64,000 nt of DNA, from assembly GCA_001949185.1 (NCBI GenBank), contig BDGG01000016.1, forward strand, positions 682,001 through 746,000, in the 5' to 3' direction. The notes below the pieces were generated by a model, which saw only the letters and a program-made list of their open reading frames with translations, was not told the DNA's origin and did not search any database. This stretch comes from Ramazzottius varieornatus (taxonomy: Eukaryota > Animalia > Tardigrada). The position numbers were made by a program, and so were the translations under genes. Shown here piece after piece: positions 47,970-62,980 of the stretch; position 1 is the first letter of the stretch, and each line of letters begins with the position of its first letter.

Positions 47970-50900
47970 TCAGCATCGCTCTGCCTTGAACGCCGAACTG
48001 GGACTTCCGGTCCTTGTTGTATGTGGATAGTAATATGTGGGATCTGCAACAGAAAAGATGAATAATTTCGAAAAATCTAGCAAGGGTACTTCGGAAACCG
48101 TAATCGGTTTCTAGTCGATCGTATCCCAAGTGGCGCACGTTTGCATTCTTGTTAGCTGGAAGTGTGCGCCACTTGAGAAAACGATCTTGCTCGAACATTT
48201 GCCCGCGTCCCACTCTGTCTCAGGAAGACCAACGAAATACATAGAAAAAGATCGGCTAACAAGAAATAGAAGAAGACCAGAAAATATCAGGTTTCCGAAT
48301 GCCAAAGAGCGGACTTACTCAAAATGCCGGTTCCAGCTGCGTATCGTGCCCAAGGATTGTCGGTGGTAGCGTAGCCAGCTGACGGGTACTGGGTGTAAGC
48401 AGTGCCATAGGTATAGTCAGCTGCAAAGGAGAAGAACCGTAAGCTTTCCGACGCAATTCCGCAGAATCTTGGTGAATAGTCCGTTGACTGGGACGTGAGC
48501 GAATGACTCAAATAAGAATGTTTTTAAGTGGCGCACTCGTCCATTCACTAACTACGCAAAAGTGCGCCACTTGCGTGCAATTCATTCGCCGGCGTCTCAA
48601 CTAATGAGAAAGAAGTAACATAAGGCAGGGAATCAGTTTCGTGCGAGGACCTGTAGAATAAACGGAGGGAACAGGGCCGTAAGGAGATGTCGTGCAGTAG
48701 GCATTCTGGACAGATGTGGGAAGAAGGGTTAAGGTGGCGGCCGAACTTCCGCCCATCGACATGCTCTCACTCAAGGACGCCGAATGATTTGGTAAAGAAC
48801 TGTGTGCAATGGAAGAAGGCAGGCTTCCTAGGGTAACAGAAACCATTCCAGAGACATGCAAAACAAAATTAAAAGACAGAACAGAAACCCGTGCAAGAAA
48901 CAACGAACGCAGCATTCTGAGAAAGTTTCCCACGTACCTTGTTGATACGAGAGAGCGCTACCGCCACCCGATCCATCCAGCATTCCACTTCCCGGCATCA
49001 CAGATTTCATGCTGTCACTCATACCGCCCAATGAGCCTCCAAGTGCTGAGAAGACGCTGCCGTGGCCCAGATGAGCGGTGGAAGTGTGTGGGTACAAGCT
49101 CTGTTCTGGGACACCGTGTCCCGAAGTGACGTAGGGATGAAGAGGATACCCCACCGCGCTGCCGTTCACCAGGTTCTCGTTGGCGGCCTTGTGAAGGTCG
49201 CTGGCATTCCGGTCACTTCGGTCAGAGTACCACATCTGAAAAAACACGATAACGCGTGAAAATTCCCCCCACACCGATGGCACGAAGTTCTCCCGTGGCA
49301 CTTTCCAGTACGAGGAAGTTCTGCAACCCAACGGCTGCCCACTTCAAGTACCTGCATGCACTTAGAGCCTTGCCCGTATCAAAGCTGAACCAGTATGCAG
49401 GTGAGTGAATCCAGCGGAAAGTACCTGACCTCACCTTGCGGCATATATACTTAGCACGAGAAAATCGGAACCATGTGTATGTACCTGGATGCATGCCATT
49501 TTCTCTGTCTGACTGTGTGATTCCTCCCCGACGAAAATTTTCGGCTGGTTTTTATCGTACCTGTTGTTGCTGTTGCTGGTTGTCGGAGAAGGTGTGGTTG
49601 TTGTCACCATTGAACATGGCGCGTTGTCGTTTAGTTTCCGAGTCGACGTTAGTACCGGGTGAGGCCGAAGTTCCATTATCTGTGATATCTACACGAGAGA
49701 TAAATTAACGTTAAATCCACATAATCTTTCTGACAGATGATGATGGTGATCTATTTGTAGATGATTCTTCGCTCATGTCCATCTCTCTTGACAAAGCTTG
49801 ATGGACATCAACTCAGCCATGCCATCACAGAGGAGGCCAATTAAAATTTGTTCAGGCATAATATGCTGGCGGTATGTGGTCCAAACACGATCGTGTTCCC
49901 TCTTCCCGCGCTTCTTTTGCAAATTTTTAAAATTTCAAATCTATCATCGTTAACTACGTATGCTTCAGCTCAACCTTCCGACTAAATATCGGCCCACTTT
50001 TCGCAACGAAATCCGATCGACGAGACCGGGAACAAAGACCAGATGAGCCTTTCGCTCACCTGCATACTAATGCCTCGCGATACGACTAAGAATTCGTGTA
50101 TGTAGGTACGTGAACTAATGCCGCATTCTGTTTGCCACACCACGTTTTATCGAAGCGAAAAGAACTTTTAGAGTTTTGGATCGCGAGGTCACGGCGGTCA
50201 TATGCTCGTCAAAACTATGATTATCCATCAGCACGAAGAGAGGTCTGAGTAGAAGAGTAATCTGTCAAACATAACATGCAGCAACCTGACTGCGGCATCG
50301 TCGCATCGATAACAACTTGCCCTTCCTTCCCGCGACTATTATAGTTTAATATTTTGACAGGTTATCATCTTTATCGAAATGATGAGTGATAAACGCACGG
50401 AACACAAGTTATACAGACGTTCAATTAGAGTGCAGCCAGACATTCATATTTAGTCGTGGGAATATAGCCGAACCCTTTTATCACCGCAGACCCTCCCGTG
50501 AACTCGCGGAAGGTCACTGTTCTGAACACCTTCTTAACACCTTTTTAACACTTAAAAGACCACGCAATTTCAGGCTCTGGGAGTACAAGGGGGGTAGATC
50601 ACCTTCCCTACTTTTTAACTGGCTGAAGTCATGAGGCGGGGTCAGAGCGGGCCAATCACCACATTTACGCTCCGCATTTTTTGGGTAAATGCGCTACCAA
50701 GTGAATCGAGGTGCCAGACCTATGTGATTTTGCTCCGACCACTGGCCACGCAATACGAGGCATTTAGAAGCTTCTAAGACTGCATCAATGTACTGTATTC
50801 CCTCGATAGTTCTGCAAATTACGTCATTATGCCAGTAAATTACACCCGCACTGGTATCCCTGATTGTTTGATTGTCGCCCATCATTACACTTGACTGGGG

Positions 50901-53900
50901 AGTAGTCTTTGATTGAAGGTATAGATACTTTCTGTTCCCCGCCGGATGATATTTACCACGACAGTGACGTGATTCGCAGAACTTTCGAGGGAATACAGTA
51001 CTAGCTTTGCTCCCAAGTTTCAAGAAGGCTCTCCGTCAGCCAGGTCTTGAGTAAAGATTTGATCTTTCAACTCGAGACGAAATCTGGTCAAAAACGACAA
51101 ACTTTTAGAAATTTCCAGAACGCTTCTAGCTAGTGCCCGTCTTCTTGGATTAGTAGAAACAAAGTTTCTGATGGCAAAGGTGGAAATCCGAGGGGAAAAG
51201 GTTCAACAAGAACCATTCCGCGAGGTAATTAGGGTGCGCCAGGCAACCAGGGTACCCCCTTGGTCTTTTAAGTGTGAACCTTCCGTCGGTTACCACCGAT
51301 GCGAAAAGGTTCGATACCTCTTTTTCAAAAGACTTTTGGAACGTTTTGAAAAATTTCGGAAATGTCCAAGATGTATTGGATATGATGCGTCAATTTTCAA
51401 ACCGTTTCCGGAAAAGCGAGAAAAGGCGATACTTCGAATTTCGGATAGAACTGTATCGCTTTCTCTCGTGGGATACCCCGATGTTCATGCTCAATGTGAA
51501 TTGATGGATGAGGGCCATTGCAGGCAGGGGAGAAAAGGGGCACACTGCATGGAAATTGGTCGATAATCTTTTTAACGGCTTGCCCAAATCTCCCCATCAC
51601 GCTTCTCTTCCTGTCCAGAATGTTCTCGATCAACGATACATCCGGAGAAATGCCCGGATTAAAACTGCCAATTTCACTACAAATCACTGACATCAAGCCG
51701 AGTCTCCTCTGTCTGGCTCACGGTACCAATCTATCACCCGGATAAAGCCGCGCAAATACGTCATCGCGGACGTATACCAAACACTAGCGTTTGCGCGAAT
51801 TCAGCTGGGTTCTGTCCACGACACGACACGATGCCCCCACTGAGTTCGCGCAGATTTTCACGCTACCACAATGACATACTGAGCAAGTCAAGAGAGTGAA
51901 ATAGCAGCTCGTTACTCGTACCGTCTCTTTTTCGCTTCATGTTGGTTGGGTCCATTCCCAGGATGCCATTGATGGAATAGGCTGCATTCACGTTGCTGCC
52001 GTTCCCTTGTGGACCGGTTCCGGCCGCACCTGCGCCATTGGCAGCCACTCCAGTGCTTTGGGAATGGTTGGCAGCGATGTGATCGGGACTGGGCGTGCTG
52101 AGGTTGGTACTTCCCGAGCCACAATGGAAGCCTAATCCGCCACTCTTGGCTCTGTCCGCCGCCTTGTTCCGTACAATCCTAAAAACAGATAGATGGTAGT
52201 GAAATGGCCTGTCAATCAGAAGAGCTAGCGTCTCGAGGGAACCTAAGCAATCCATTAACATCCACCACAATCGAACGTTACCACACTTCGTTATGATCCA
52301 ACCACATCAAACGTATGCTTCCAAAATCTACTTTTAATTGCCATTTGTGATGTCCCGCTGGCAGTTAGTTAAATGCAATTATGGTGCTGATATATTTGCA
52401 TAATCATCCACTGCTGAGATTGGTGTAACGGAAATCACAGATGATCACAGGAATACATCAGAACTTTCCCGAGAATTATGAAAAATATTCTGATAATTTC
52501 GAAACACTTTCAAAATATTCGGGGATATTTGCGAAATATTTCACCTGCCGGTTGAATCGTCCTTTGTTCGTTTCATAAACTCTTTCATCGGACACTTCAT
52601 CTTCCGCATTATGTTTGACTGCAGTTTATACTTTGATTGATTGTGGTCTATGCAGATGTCGATTGAGATTTGTTTGACAAGTTGAACGTTTGGCGTACAG
52701 AATCTTAATGAAGCGATGGGTGCAATTGTGGCTTGATCGGAAAACGATCTGTTGGAAGTTCGGAAAGGATATGGCAGTTAATAATGGATGAATCGAGGCA
52801 CCGAGCCCGACTAGTTTTGAATGCTTCGGAGAATGGGAAGAGAGAGCCCCAATACATATGTTTCATGTCTGATCTCCTGAATGAATAACAAAAGGGTGCG
52901 ATAGCTTTCAGAAATGAAAAGGAAACTGTTTTACGAAGAGGAAGAAAGATGTCGCTCGACGGTTTGGATTCCCAAGAAATTTTTCGGGATCTTTCACGGT
53001 GCCTTCTTAATGGCTGCGTCGTTTACTTGTTTATCAAAACTGGCAAGAGGAACTTATTTGCAATGGAAAGATGGAGGTCGATCGTTGCGTCAAGCAATGG
53101 AGGCATTGGCACGGAAATAATGTGCAAGTCAATTGGATCAGCACAGCCATTCCGGCCATTTGCTCCATCCACAAATCCTTCCTTCCCACTTCCATCTGCA
53201 CATAACTCTCTCTTCCTTTCCGACCGTTCCTCCCGTCAAAGTACGGGTATCGTCGAAATTCGCTTCCATTCTACTTCGCAAACCCATCCAGTTGTACTCT
53301 CGCCCGCTAAAACTACCAGCAAGGTGCGCGAGATAACCTGGGCAAAGTCTGTAACACAGCACCCAGAAACCCGCACATCGCTGCTGTGTTGCACAGGACG
53401 ACCGCGTGAGTTAGTCGGGGTGTGCAAATTTGGGCGTAACTCGATGGGAAAATATGTGCCACCACGTTCCGTTTGTAAATGGCTGTTTTGAGGATGAAAA
53501 TCCGTATTCGCCTAAACATTGTACTGCGAGGAGGAAGTAATAAAACAATATCATCAAAATGGCTGTTTACATTTTTTTGTCCTTTGCCATGGCGCTATCT
53601 CATCGAATGGCAAATTGATTCGAAGTTGCTTATGCTTATGCCACTCTTCGATTCAGCGACATAGCATTATCCGTGATTGCCAAAGAGATCAAGGATAGCG
53701 CTGACTTCTGCTCAAAGTGGCCGCTTCTGGTTTACTGACAACACCAGGAAGCTACGCACTGATAAGGTGCGACAACTTGCGACAGCGCATAAAAAGGCCG
53801 CAGACGTGTCGCCTTCCGAGTCTACGTACCGGTTGATGGAGCTGACACTGGGAATGTTGTCCGCGTCGCAAATGTTGTCCGACAACAGTCTGTCGCGAAT

Positions 53901-56900
53901 CTCCCATGCGAACATGGTCGGGTTCTGGCGCTTGTAGGCCGCAATGTGCTCCACTACTTTGGGTGTGGCCACTTTGGGCTTGGATCCTCCGATGACGCCT
54001 GGACGTATCGAACCCGTCTCGTAGTACCTGAAACGCAGAAAGCTATGAGCATTTTCCACAGACACACTGTGTGGTTTCCAGTAACCTCAGATAGAACGCA
54101 CAAAAACGGCCGGATTTGACCATCGTTGAGTCAATCAAACGCTCATTCAACGAGACAGCTACAAAAGTCGGCTACAAAAACAGTACAAGTACGTTTTTTC
54201 AAGGACCATGACTGAGAAAGTCATCAAGAAGTGAATTTGTTTGCCGACAAAGCTGGGCATCTGTGTCATTGTCTCCCATTTCCCTACAAGAAAAGCCAGC
54301 ATGGACTCAATAAGTATATCAATCAAAGTCTCACTGAGAAAGGGTCCATTCTTTCCGTCACCTTTGGCGATAAATGCACGTCTTTGGCCTTCATTTATCA
54401 CACCTTTGATGAAATGAAGTGCCCAAGACAATTGAGCCGACTCATCACATTACAGAGAGGAGGAAAGTCAGCCTCAGGCGGAGAGAAAATATCTCTGAGG
54501 ACGAAAATCTGGGCGCTGCACCTTCCACGATCAACTCGCGCACACATTGACGCCCTTTCTTTGGAAAGGTCGATACTACAGGTGAGCGAACTGTTCATCC
54601 TTCTCGCACAGCAGACGTCCATTCCAATCTCCCCTATTGTTTTGGTCATAGCTGATGTCCAGCGTTTTATTAAGGCAGCGGGTAACCGCCTGGACAAAGC
54701 CGCAGAATTTAACCAGACATTAAACGACCCCATCCCGATGGCCGCTTTAGCCTAATCTACTAATCCCACTGTTTGTAAAGCGCATCAAGCGCAGCTTTAT
54801 GGGCTTAACATCCTAACTGATCACCGGTGAAGCGGATTATCGCGGCTTGGTTTATGCCCAACGTGCGCGCCACTGTTTGCCCAAATCTACCCCAATCACC
54901 TCGCGCAATTTTCTGACATATTCTCGAAGTGGCGCACTATGGAGCGAGATCCGCCGGTCCTCTGCGCGAGCTCAAGAGGGTAAAAAAGTGTGTGTGCGAA
55001 GAATCAACCGAACTGAAAAGCCGACAGCAACCTAAGTACAATCCCACTGTAGTGAATGCTCGGGTCACTGTGTGCAGGTGGACGGAAGCATGAATTCGCT
55101 GTTCTTCCCTTCGTGTCGTCCGTTTTTCTGCGGTGTTTGTAGTCAGTGTGCAGGTTCAAATGGGTAGAGTGAACACACTATGATTTACGAACATTCTTTC
55201 CTTTGCGGCTGGTGTTTTTACAATGTCTTCCGGTCATAGTTGAAGCTGGTACGAACAGAGCGAAAGAGATTGATAGTCAGCTTTGGAAGCGGACGGGAAG
55301 TCAGCCAAGCGGGGAAGAAAATCACGGAATGACTGACTGACGATACAGCGAAGGACACGGGGATCCAATGATGTTATGATGCTGCAACATCGGGGAAGAG
55401 ATGGAGTTTCGGATGCTGTCATGCAGCACGACATATGCTCATATGGCGACTGTGTGTGCGCCTTTGATGGCGGAGACACCGCGGCTGTCATCTTCCTTGA
55501 CAGATGAATTATTCAGGGACCAACGGAAACAGTGCTCCTCTATTCACAAAGTCAGAAGGAAACTTAATAATCATATCGTCAGTCAAAAACGATACTCTTT
55601 TTCCTGAACGGACCGACGTCAAAAGACGAGAGACGACTCCCTTCTCCATCTCCTGATCTATGACCTGCATGCCCCCACATTGCTGACCCCCGTTCATCTG
55701 CCGCACGAACATGGCCCAACTCCAAAGACGACCCCCAGATCTCAACAGGCCTTTCATTCATTCGATTCCTATATCTCTGCCATCACGCAAGACTTCGCTT
55801 GGAAGTTCAAAACCTCTTCAGACGGACAGATGAAACTCTGGCTGACAGCTCAAATTCATTACACGACTTTCATCCGCACGCGCACAGCTCGTGATGTCCT
55901 TCAGATGCCAAGAACCCGAACCGACCGGTGCGCGAGTTGACACGGGGACCTGCTTCCAACTCAGGACGCTTCTTGGAAAAGCAACAGACCACGAATCGAT
56001 CAAAATAGCTTCCAGTTCTGTTTCGTCGTTAAGTGCAATCGTTTTATGTGGAAAGTTGTGATCAGAAATTCCCGATGAAAAGTTTTCGGTTAGATCTTGG
56101 TGACGGTACTAACCTGCCGAGGATCTTGCTGACGCATCCGTGGCTGACGCGGAGTTGTCGGGAAATGTCGCAGGGTCTAACGCCATTGTGAGCCAGCTCG
56201 ACAATCTTGGTGCGAATCATGTCGGGAAGAGGTCTGCCATTAACAAACACTCCACCCAGTTGATTTACTCCACCGTGACCTGCAACATAGCACAAATTAG
56301 CTTTGGCACTTTTATGGCTTAACTTGACGGGCTATAAAAAAACATGCACCCATGCCTATGCAACGACCCGTTCTTGGTCACATTCTCACTATGGCTCGCA
56401 CTTCTTCGAATTACGAGAAGTCGAGAACCATCGTCAAGACTGCGCCATTTTGTCAGCTGCTCCATCGAGCACGACAACGTTATCGGTCCTTTCCCCGTCA
56501 TGCTTTTTTGACATCGCTGAGCCTTCACACAATTTTGCCCAAACGGTCTCCGCAGAAAATTGATAGCTTTGTTTTTTCAGTAGTATCTCACACTAATATC
56601 AAAAATGAAAACTTGGGAAAAAATGCTATTCAGTACTTCAGAGTTCATATGCGAGACGGATGTGTAATATGGAGTAACAATCTATCAACGCGCGAACTGA
56701 TATGGGAAAGTCACCGTATTCAAAGTCACTATAGCGCTCTTTCCCGACGGTTGTTTTTCAGAATTTCAAGTCAATGTTTTCTTCGCTCCTGGCACTGCGG
56801 GACGTGAAGTGGGTGGCTTGATATTAAAACTCATTGGGGAGAAAAAGAGCCAAGGAGTAAATTAGCGTGGGACCAGAGAGGAAGCAAGTGTTAAAATCAC

Positions 56901-59526
56901 ACACCTTGCGTGCCAATTGTGACAAGTTACCTAGCCATTACCGAGCGGATATGGGGACAAGGAATGGCTTCATGGGGAGTAACATGGCAATCAGCCATCG
57001 GGCACTGGAGAGGACATTCATTATGACATGCCATAAAGCACCATGCTGCGCTTTTGCGGTGCAAGCCAGTGTGCTCAACTGCATCATTCCATCTCACCGC
57101 GCATCAGCCCAAATATAACAATCCAATCTTCATAACTCAATAACGCAATACAAACTAACATATAGAGTCACCATTTTACATCTCACGAATTTTAGGTCTT
57201 CTAAACTTTAGCAAATACTATTTTTATAGTTCGAAAAGATCTCAGTTAAATCGCATCTCGGCAAATAATTCGACAAGTTCCTTTCTGCTATTGGCGCATG
57301 GTTCCACCCACTGACACTGAAACCGCGCGTCACTTGGGATCGAACTCTACAAGATCGTTCTAAGTGGCGCAAACTGCCGGCCAATAACGCTGCAGCGTGC
57401 GCCACTTAAGCAAACGATCTTGCGGTGCTTGCAGATATTCGCGAGATGAAGCGTCGAAATCACTGCTTTGCGTGACAGAAATATTATTGCGAAATCATAA
57501 AAGGACCAAAACGCAAACCTCATGCCTGCACTATCCCGTGCATAGTCATTGTATCCTTATTGAGTTGTAAAACTTTCAAGTTTGGGAGTTGCTTATTGCT
57601 GGGAAGGGTCTTCACATTCGAATGCGAGGTCACGATCATAACTATGATTTACCACGACAAATTTCCAATGAATACAAAAGCAGCCTGTTCATTACACAAG
57701 ATATGACTCAAGCCATAAGGGTTCATACTGTCCGTTGTTACCGAGTAAACCCTTCCATCATGCAATGCAAATTTAAATTCATAAGAACGCCCATTTGGTG
57801 AGTTGCCTCCAAGCCTCAACCTTAGGAATATTCCTTCAAACGCCTCGATCAGTTGAAGAGGATATTCCAGTTGCATATTTGAAGGACAAGATTGCCTTCA
57901 GAGAAAAATAATACAGTAATTAAATTTTGATTTGACATTTTATTCGGTCGCGAATGCAACCTGATCGACAAAGTGTCGCTGCTTGGGCAAATAAACAGTG
58001 GAAGGACGAGTGTCAACATTGGTGTTTACTCAGTCAACTTACAAGCAGGTTACACCAGCTAATAATCCGACTCAAATGACAGTCCCCGCGCGGCGCAAGG
58101 ACTTTTGACCACATCAGCAAACGACCCATCGCCTCAACACCCAACTTTAGAGTGCAAAGACAGATTATCCTTCTCGAAGGAGAGATCGTGTTTGGATTAA
58201 AGGCGACGGCAACCCGCAAAACGGCACACTTCACGGCTTGCACGCCTAAAGGTCACTAACTGAAAGTCCTCAACAGAAACCTTATGCATTCCTATCCACA
58301 TCTACTGAAAAAAACCGAGTAAAGCTTCTTAGATTTTTCTGGTCAATATCAAATTCATAAAATATAACATTAAATGGGACGTAGGCAAACGAACCGAATC
58401 AGGTCGCTTTCCCAAGTGGCGCACATTTCCATTGCGACTGGCTGGAAGTGTTCGTCACTTGGGAAAACGAGCCGGTTCAATTCATTTGCCCAGTTTTAGA
58501 AAAATCCCCCGTCCAGTTTTAGAGATATTCACTGCAAAATCAAAAGGTATTTCGGGGATTGAACGACGTCATAAAGGTTGAAATTCGATAGTGGAGAAGA
58601 AAGCCGGGATGGAAATTGTTCCGCCAAGTCATGCACCGTCAGACCTTGGTCCTTCTTAGCATTGAGGTGCTCTCTTCCAGAACCGCCATGCAAGTCAGCA
58701 GGAGGTCCTGTGTTCATCTCCTTCCTGGGCCATCTGACATAAACACTAATTATATCTGGCCACACTTGGTTCCAGGGAGGAAGCGCCGACACAATGACCG
58801 CCATCACCGCGCAAACCAAGTGTGGCCATGGCCGATGCACACTTAACAGCCCGAAGAAGCTACGCATCCCAAAAAAGCCCAGACTCCAGTCGGCCGCGGA
58901 AACCGGCGCAACGTTCCGCAACCGTCACCCTTGCCCAACATAGCTCAAAAGAAAGTTAACCACCTACAACTGCCTCCTAGCTTCAACCTTAACATGTTGA
59001 ATAATCACAGCCAAAAATCAAGCATCCGAACAAAATGAGCTCTAACCACCAACACCTTTCTTCTCTTCATGCACATAACCACCAGACATCACACTACACA
59101 TTTCCGCAAACGAAAAATTTCAGTTTCATTGTTCGTCCTCAACCACATGGAAGAACTTCGTTCACTAAACCCCGAAATCCACGTCTTCTCGCGAATTCAG
59201 GAATCTTTCTGCGTTTGGTTCTGAAAGCTTCACTGTCTCACAGGGCAAAATAAGCAACTTCGCATGGGCAGTTCGGAGTTTGGAAGGGTTGATGGACAAT
59301 TTGTCGAAAGATGGGCCATATTTAGCGTATACTTAGTGGTAGAAGACCAGCACAGGGACTTACTCTTACAGGAGTAATATTCCATGACATTACGGTTGTA
59401 GCGATAAGCAGCTGCCGCCGAGAGATCCATGAAGGACTGGGCTGCCGCTGCCGTATGCTGGAAGTGCGGGTTCATCCCCGCCACGCTGCCTCCTCCACCG
59501 TTGCGCGAACCCGGACACAAACTCAT
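47970..59526 (-). CDS. Pax2/5/8: Paired-box transcription factor Pax2/5/8 (shaven/sparkling type), ~9 exons
   Basis: Paired domain split over ~56279-56114 ([32 protein letters not shown]) and 54027-53830 ([30 protein letters not shown]); octapeptide YSINGILG (~51960-51980); C-terminal YTQY..NPWARY and NPTYYY..AERC* resemble the Pax2 C-terminus. First exon 59526-59370. Confidence 0.95.
48110..48211. repeat. Palindromic element family A (Pax intron)
   Basis: AAGTGGCGCAC-N25-GTGCGCCACTT..TTTGCCCGCGTCCC. Confidence 0.85.
48490..48598. repeat. Palindromic element family A (Pax intron)
   Basis: GACT|GGGACGTGAGCGAATGA..N25 dyad..TCATTCGCCGGCGTCTC|AACT. Confidence 0.85.
50055..50113. repeat. Palindromic element family B (Pax intron)
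   Basis: CTCACCTGCATAC-N30-GTATGTAGGTACGTGA. Confidence 0.65.
57255..57422. repeat. Palindromic element family A, two-core copy (Pax intron 1)
   Basis: CTCGGCAAA left end; two degenerate dyads ~73 bp apart. Confidence 0.7.
58376..58497. repeat. Palindromic element family A (Pax intron 1)
   Basis: GGGACGTAGGCAAACGAA..TTTCCCAAGTGGCGCAC..CACTTGGGAAA..TTCATTTGCC. Confidence 0.8.
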
Positions 59527-62500
59527 TCTCGAACCCCACGACGAAGAAAATATGCAGAAATATCCTAGAGAGCAAACTCAAAGCCTGGGAAGGTGACGAG
59601 CAAAATCAGTGCGGAGATCTCAGCCTTATCAAATGACCGAGTGGTGATTTGTGGTGTGGCTTGTGCGGCATAGGATAACGTCTAGCTAGATGAGATGATG
59701 AAGGGGAAGTGGCTGAGAAATGTCAGTGTTTTGCGCGCGAGATGTGATGTTTGACGTCAAAGAGAGCAACCAACAGGGAAGGAAGGGAAACGTAGTGTGT
59801 ATCAAGGCACTTGGTCTTGATCAAGGGTATCACTGTACTACAGTCTAATATTGGGACCTGCTCGTGATTGGCTCCACTGCGGTTTAGCGGGCTTCGTTTT
59901 ATAAATCATCGTTATTATTTATACTTCCTCGTTACACGTTGGTCAAGGTGAATGGTGGAATGGCTGAATCGTGGCTAAATGAGCAGCGGGTTGTCGGGAT
60001 GCTTGGGCGCTCAAGGCTGTACACAACACATTCAACAATCAAGCGAGCGGCAAAGAGCTGGCGAACCCAATGAAGCGACTCAAGCGAAGAGCTGTGGTAC
60101 GCCTTGTAAAAACAAACCAACCGGCAACCGTAGAAAATTCCACTCAATCCCAACCCGGACAACCACGACAACTTCATAATAATTCGCACAAAATCATGAA
60201 ACAACGCTGAATATTTAGAAGATTATTTCGGACAAATTTCGGAGACGAATATACGTATACAAGCAAAACTTCTGAATAAAATTCACCAGAACAAAACTGT
60301 TCTCACAGAACGATTACGCTGTTTCGATGTACTGCCATGTGAGCCGAAAAATTTTCCAAAATTTCCAGCGCGTTTGTACAGTGGTGGATGCTGACTAGTA
60401 TTGGAGCGGAAATCACAAGTGCACATTCGGCACAACGATCAGCCGGATTGCCAACATGCATAATTGCAGCTTCTTGCTATCTCCCTTTCCTTGTCTCTAC
60501 ATCTGCCTGATCATCGAGAAGAAGACTGTGTAGGTTTGACTGGAAAATAAGGGAAGAGTTTGGCGCGCACTTCCGACCGGTATCCCCCACTGTGCTTCCG
60601 ATTACAAATCGCTCCACACATCCATATTTCACCAGTCGGCCGCTGGGCGGACTAATTAAACTCTACTCAACACACACTCTACGCCATTAGCCCTCACAGT
60701 TGTCACTATCGGATTCAATGCTCTATCCACAAAAATCCCAATAAATATTCAAGGATCGAAAGATTGGACGACGCATAATGTTAAAAAACTTCGCAAACAA
60801 AGACTGAAAACCAGCATTCCCGTATTTGAATAAGATTTCAGGTATTTATTCCCCTGAATTCTCGAGACACGCAGTCTTTGACTACCTGATTCGCATACGG
60901 CTACAGCAGTAATCTTTCAATCCTTTTTGCTACGACGGCTCATTCGAGTTTTACGTATTATAAATTCGTTCATGGTGATGCAAGAACCCATTACTGTTAT
61001 CCGAGGTTAATTTTTCTGGCCTCTCCTATGGGCGAGATATTGGCTAGACTTCATGTAGCACTCCACGACTAAAAATACATCTCACGAACCACCCAACATC
61101 AAGGTGAAATCCGCCTTGTAAGTTGATCCGTTCTCTGCGGTTCTCGCCTTCGCAGTGGCGCAATTGCCTGAGACAAGGCCGTCCATTCTTTCCCAGCATC
61201 ATTAACAAGCTCATTAATGATGGAGAGTGGCTTAGACTATTCGTAAATATACCATCCAGACACGACTACTGTGCGCTGCTGCCTTCTTTTCTTTCTGCTC
61301 TTTGAGATGGAGAACAAACCTGTCTGGTCAATTCACGTCATACGACTTTCTCTGTAGGCAGCATTGCGCGCTCCTGCTGTGCGTTTCTAAAGGACCCACA
61401 CACAATATCCATTCACAGCCACAACCGATCGACAATTGTCAATTGTACCCGTCAATCACTTCACCAACAATCACAGCTCGACACAAAGCAAGTCAATTTT
61501 TTCCTCAAACTCATTCAACGCTAATCCCTACGGTGGAGCGTTGTTTGTCGACTTGGTGCCACAGCAGTCACCAGTCAAAGTCACACGAACGCCAAAGAAA
61601 AACTGCCATACCTCCTTTCCAGAGAAGTTTTTAGGTTTACATATCTATCTATTCTGTTGACTATCGAGAATCGCCATTATGGCTTGGATCAACTAAGTTT
61701 TTCTTGATTTTGGTGAAGTCCGCCTATAGCGTGAAACTTCATAGTGGCTCTATGAACCACGGGCCTCAACAATAACGTGGAATAACCGTAGAAACCTTCC
61801 GGAAAGAAGCGGAGAATGCTGTTCAGCCATATTTAAAGAGTGCTACACACTCACAGAAAGGATTAATGATTGTGCGAAGACGCCGAAAAAGTTGAACAAG
61901 AGCTGAGTTGATATTGATGGAGCAGTGTCCGTTCTCTTTTGTACTCGGACAAATTCCACACATATTGTTTCCTTCGTCAAAGCCTTCAAAGAGCTAATCT
62001 CTTTTAGCTTCCGCATCTCTATCAGCTTCCACAAAGCCAGCTGAAAAGGCTACTGTTTCAAGGGGGCATATTTCCGTCAGAGACAAAACACAAAGTCAAT
62101 TATTTTGGGGTGTCTATCAAGAGGGCAAATTAACTTTTGCTGGCTTTTGCTTTGCCGAAAAAGCCTCCTCAGCTCGGATTCCACAAAAGCCAGTCGCGGC
62201 ATCCAGCCTTTGATATGAACGGCATCAATATCAAGGGAAGATAACAGCCCTAACGCCACCTCCATTCATTTGAGAGGGTGAATGTTTTAATGAACAGAGA
62301 AACCCTCTTCTATCGGACGTATGATCTTTGTGATCGAACGCTTCAATTCATCCAGCCTTCCCCGCTCCCTTGGCGCACTAAGCAAGACTCTCCCATGGCA
62401 TATGCCGAAATATGAGCCACATTAAAAACTAATTTATCGATACAATGTCGGCCCTAAGTGCCTGTTTGTGTCCGGCGTTCGGGCCTTTGTAAGAGCCGCG

Positions 62501-62864
62501 AGTAGGGGAAGACCAACGAACCCAACTGTCTAATTCACTCATGCGCAAACTAATTGATTGCTTTAATCGCCCAATATGTGTCCCATCTTGCCGTCATTGC
62601 TGATCAACATCACATCCCCTAAATCTCGCCCTGATCATTTTTCCCACATCGACGCCTTCCTCCAGCTGCTCATCAGAACACCCGCAAAACCAGCATGAAT
62701 GGGCCGTTAGACCAACCTACTTGCGGCAACCTGCCCTAGGTCCTTCGTTGGTTCCACGCCAACCAACAGGTACGAAGCTTGTACACTTCTATTTCAATAC
62801 TGCAAGTCAAAGCTCAGTAACCATCCTTGAGCATATTCTTTCCGGGACACAATCGGAAATATCT

Positions 62865-62980
62865 GAGACATCGGCAAACGAATTCGCCCATATCGTTGTC
62901 CCAGGTGGCGCACGCACTCGGCCAACAACAATGAGAAAGTGCGCCACTTGTTAACATCGTTGGTCGATTTGCGTGGAATC
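62865..62980. repeat. Palindromic element family A (upstream of Pax)
   Basis: GAGACATCGGCAAACGAA..CAGGTGGCGCAC-N25-GTGCGCCACTT. Confidence 0.8.

Noticed and set aside
51274-51690. Two in-frame plus-strand ORFs separated by one stop inside a Pax intron
   Set aside because: No recognisable domain or splice structure; could be chance.
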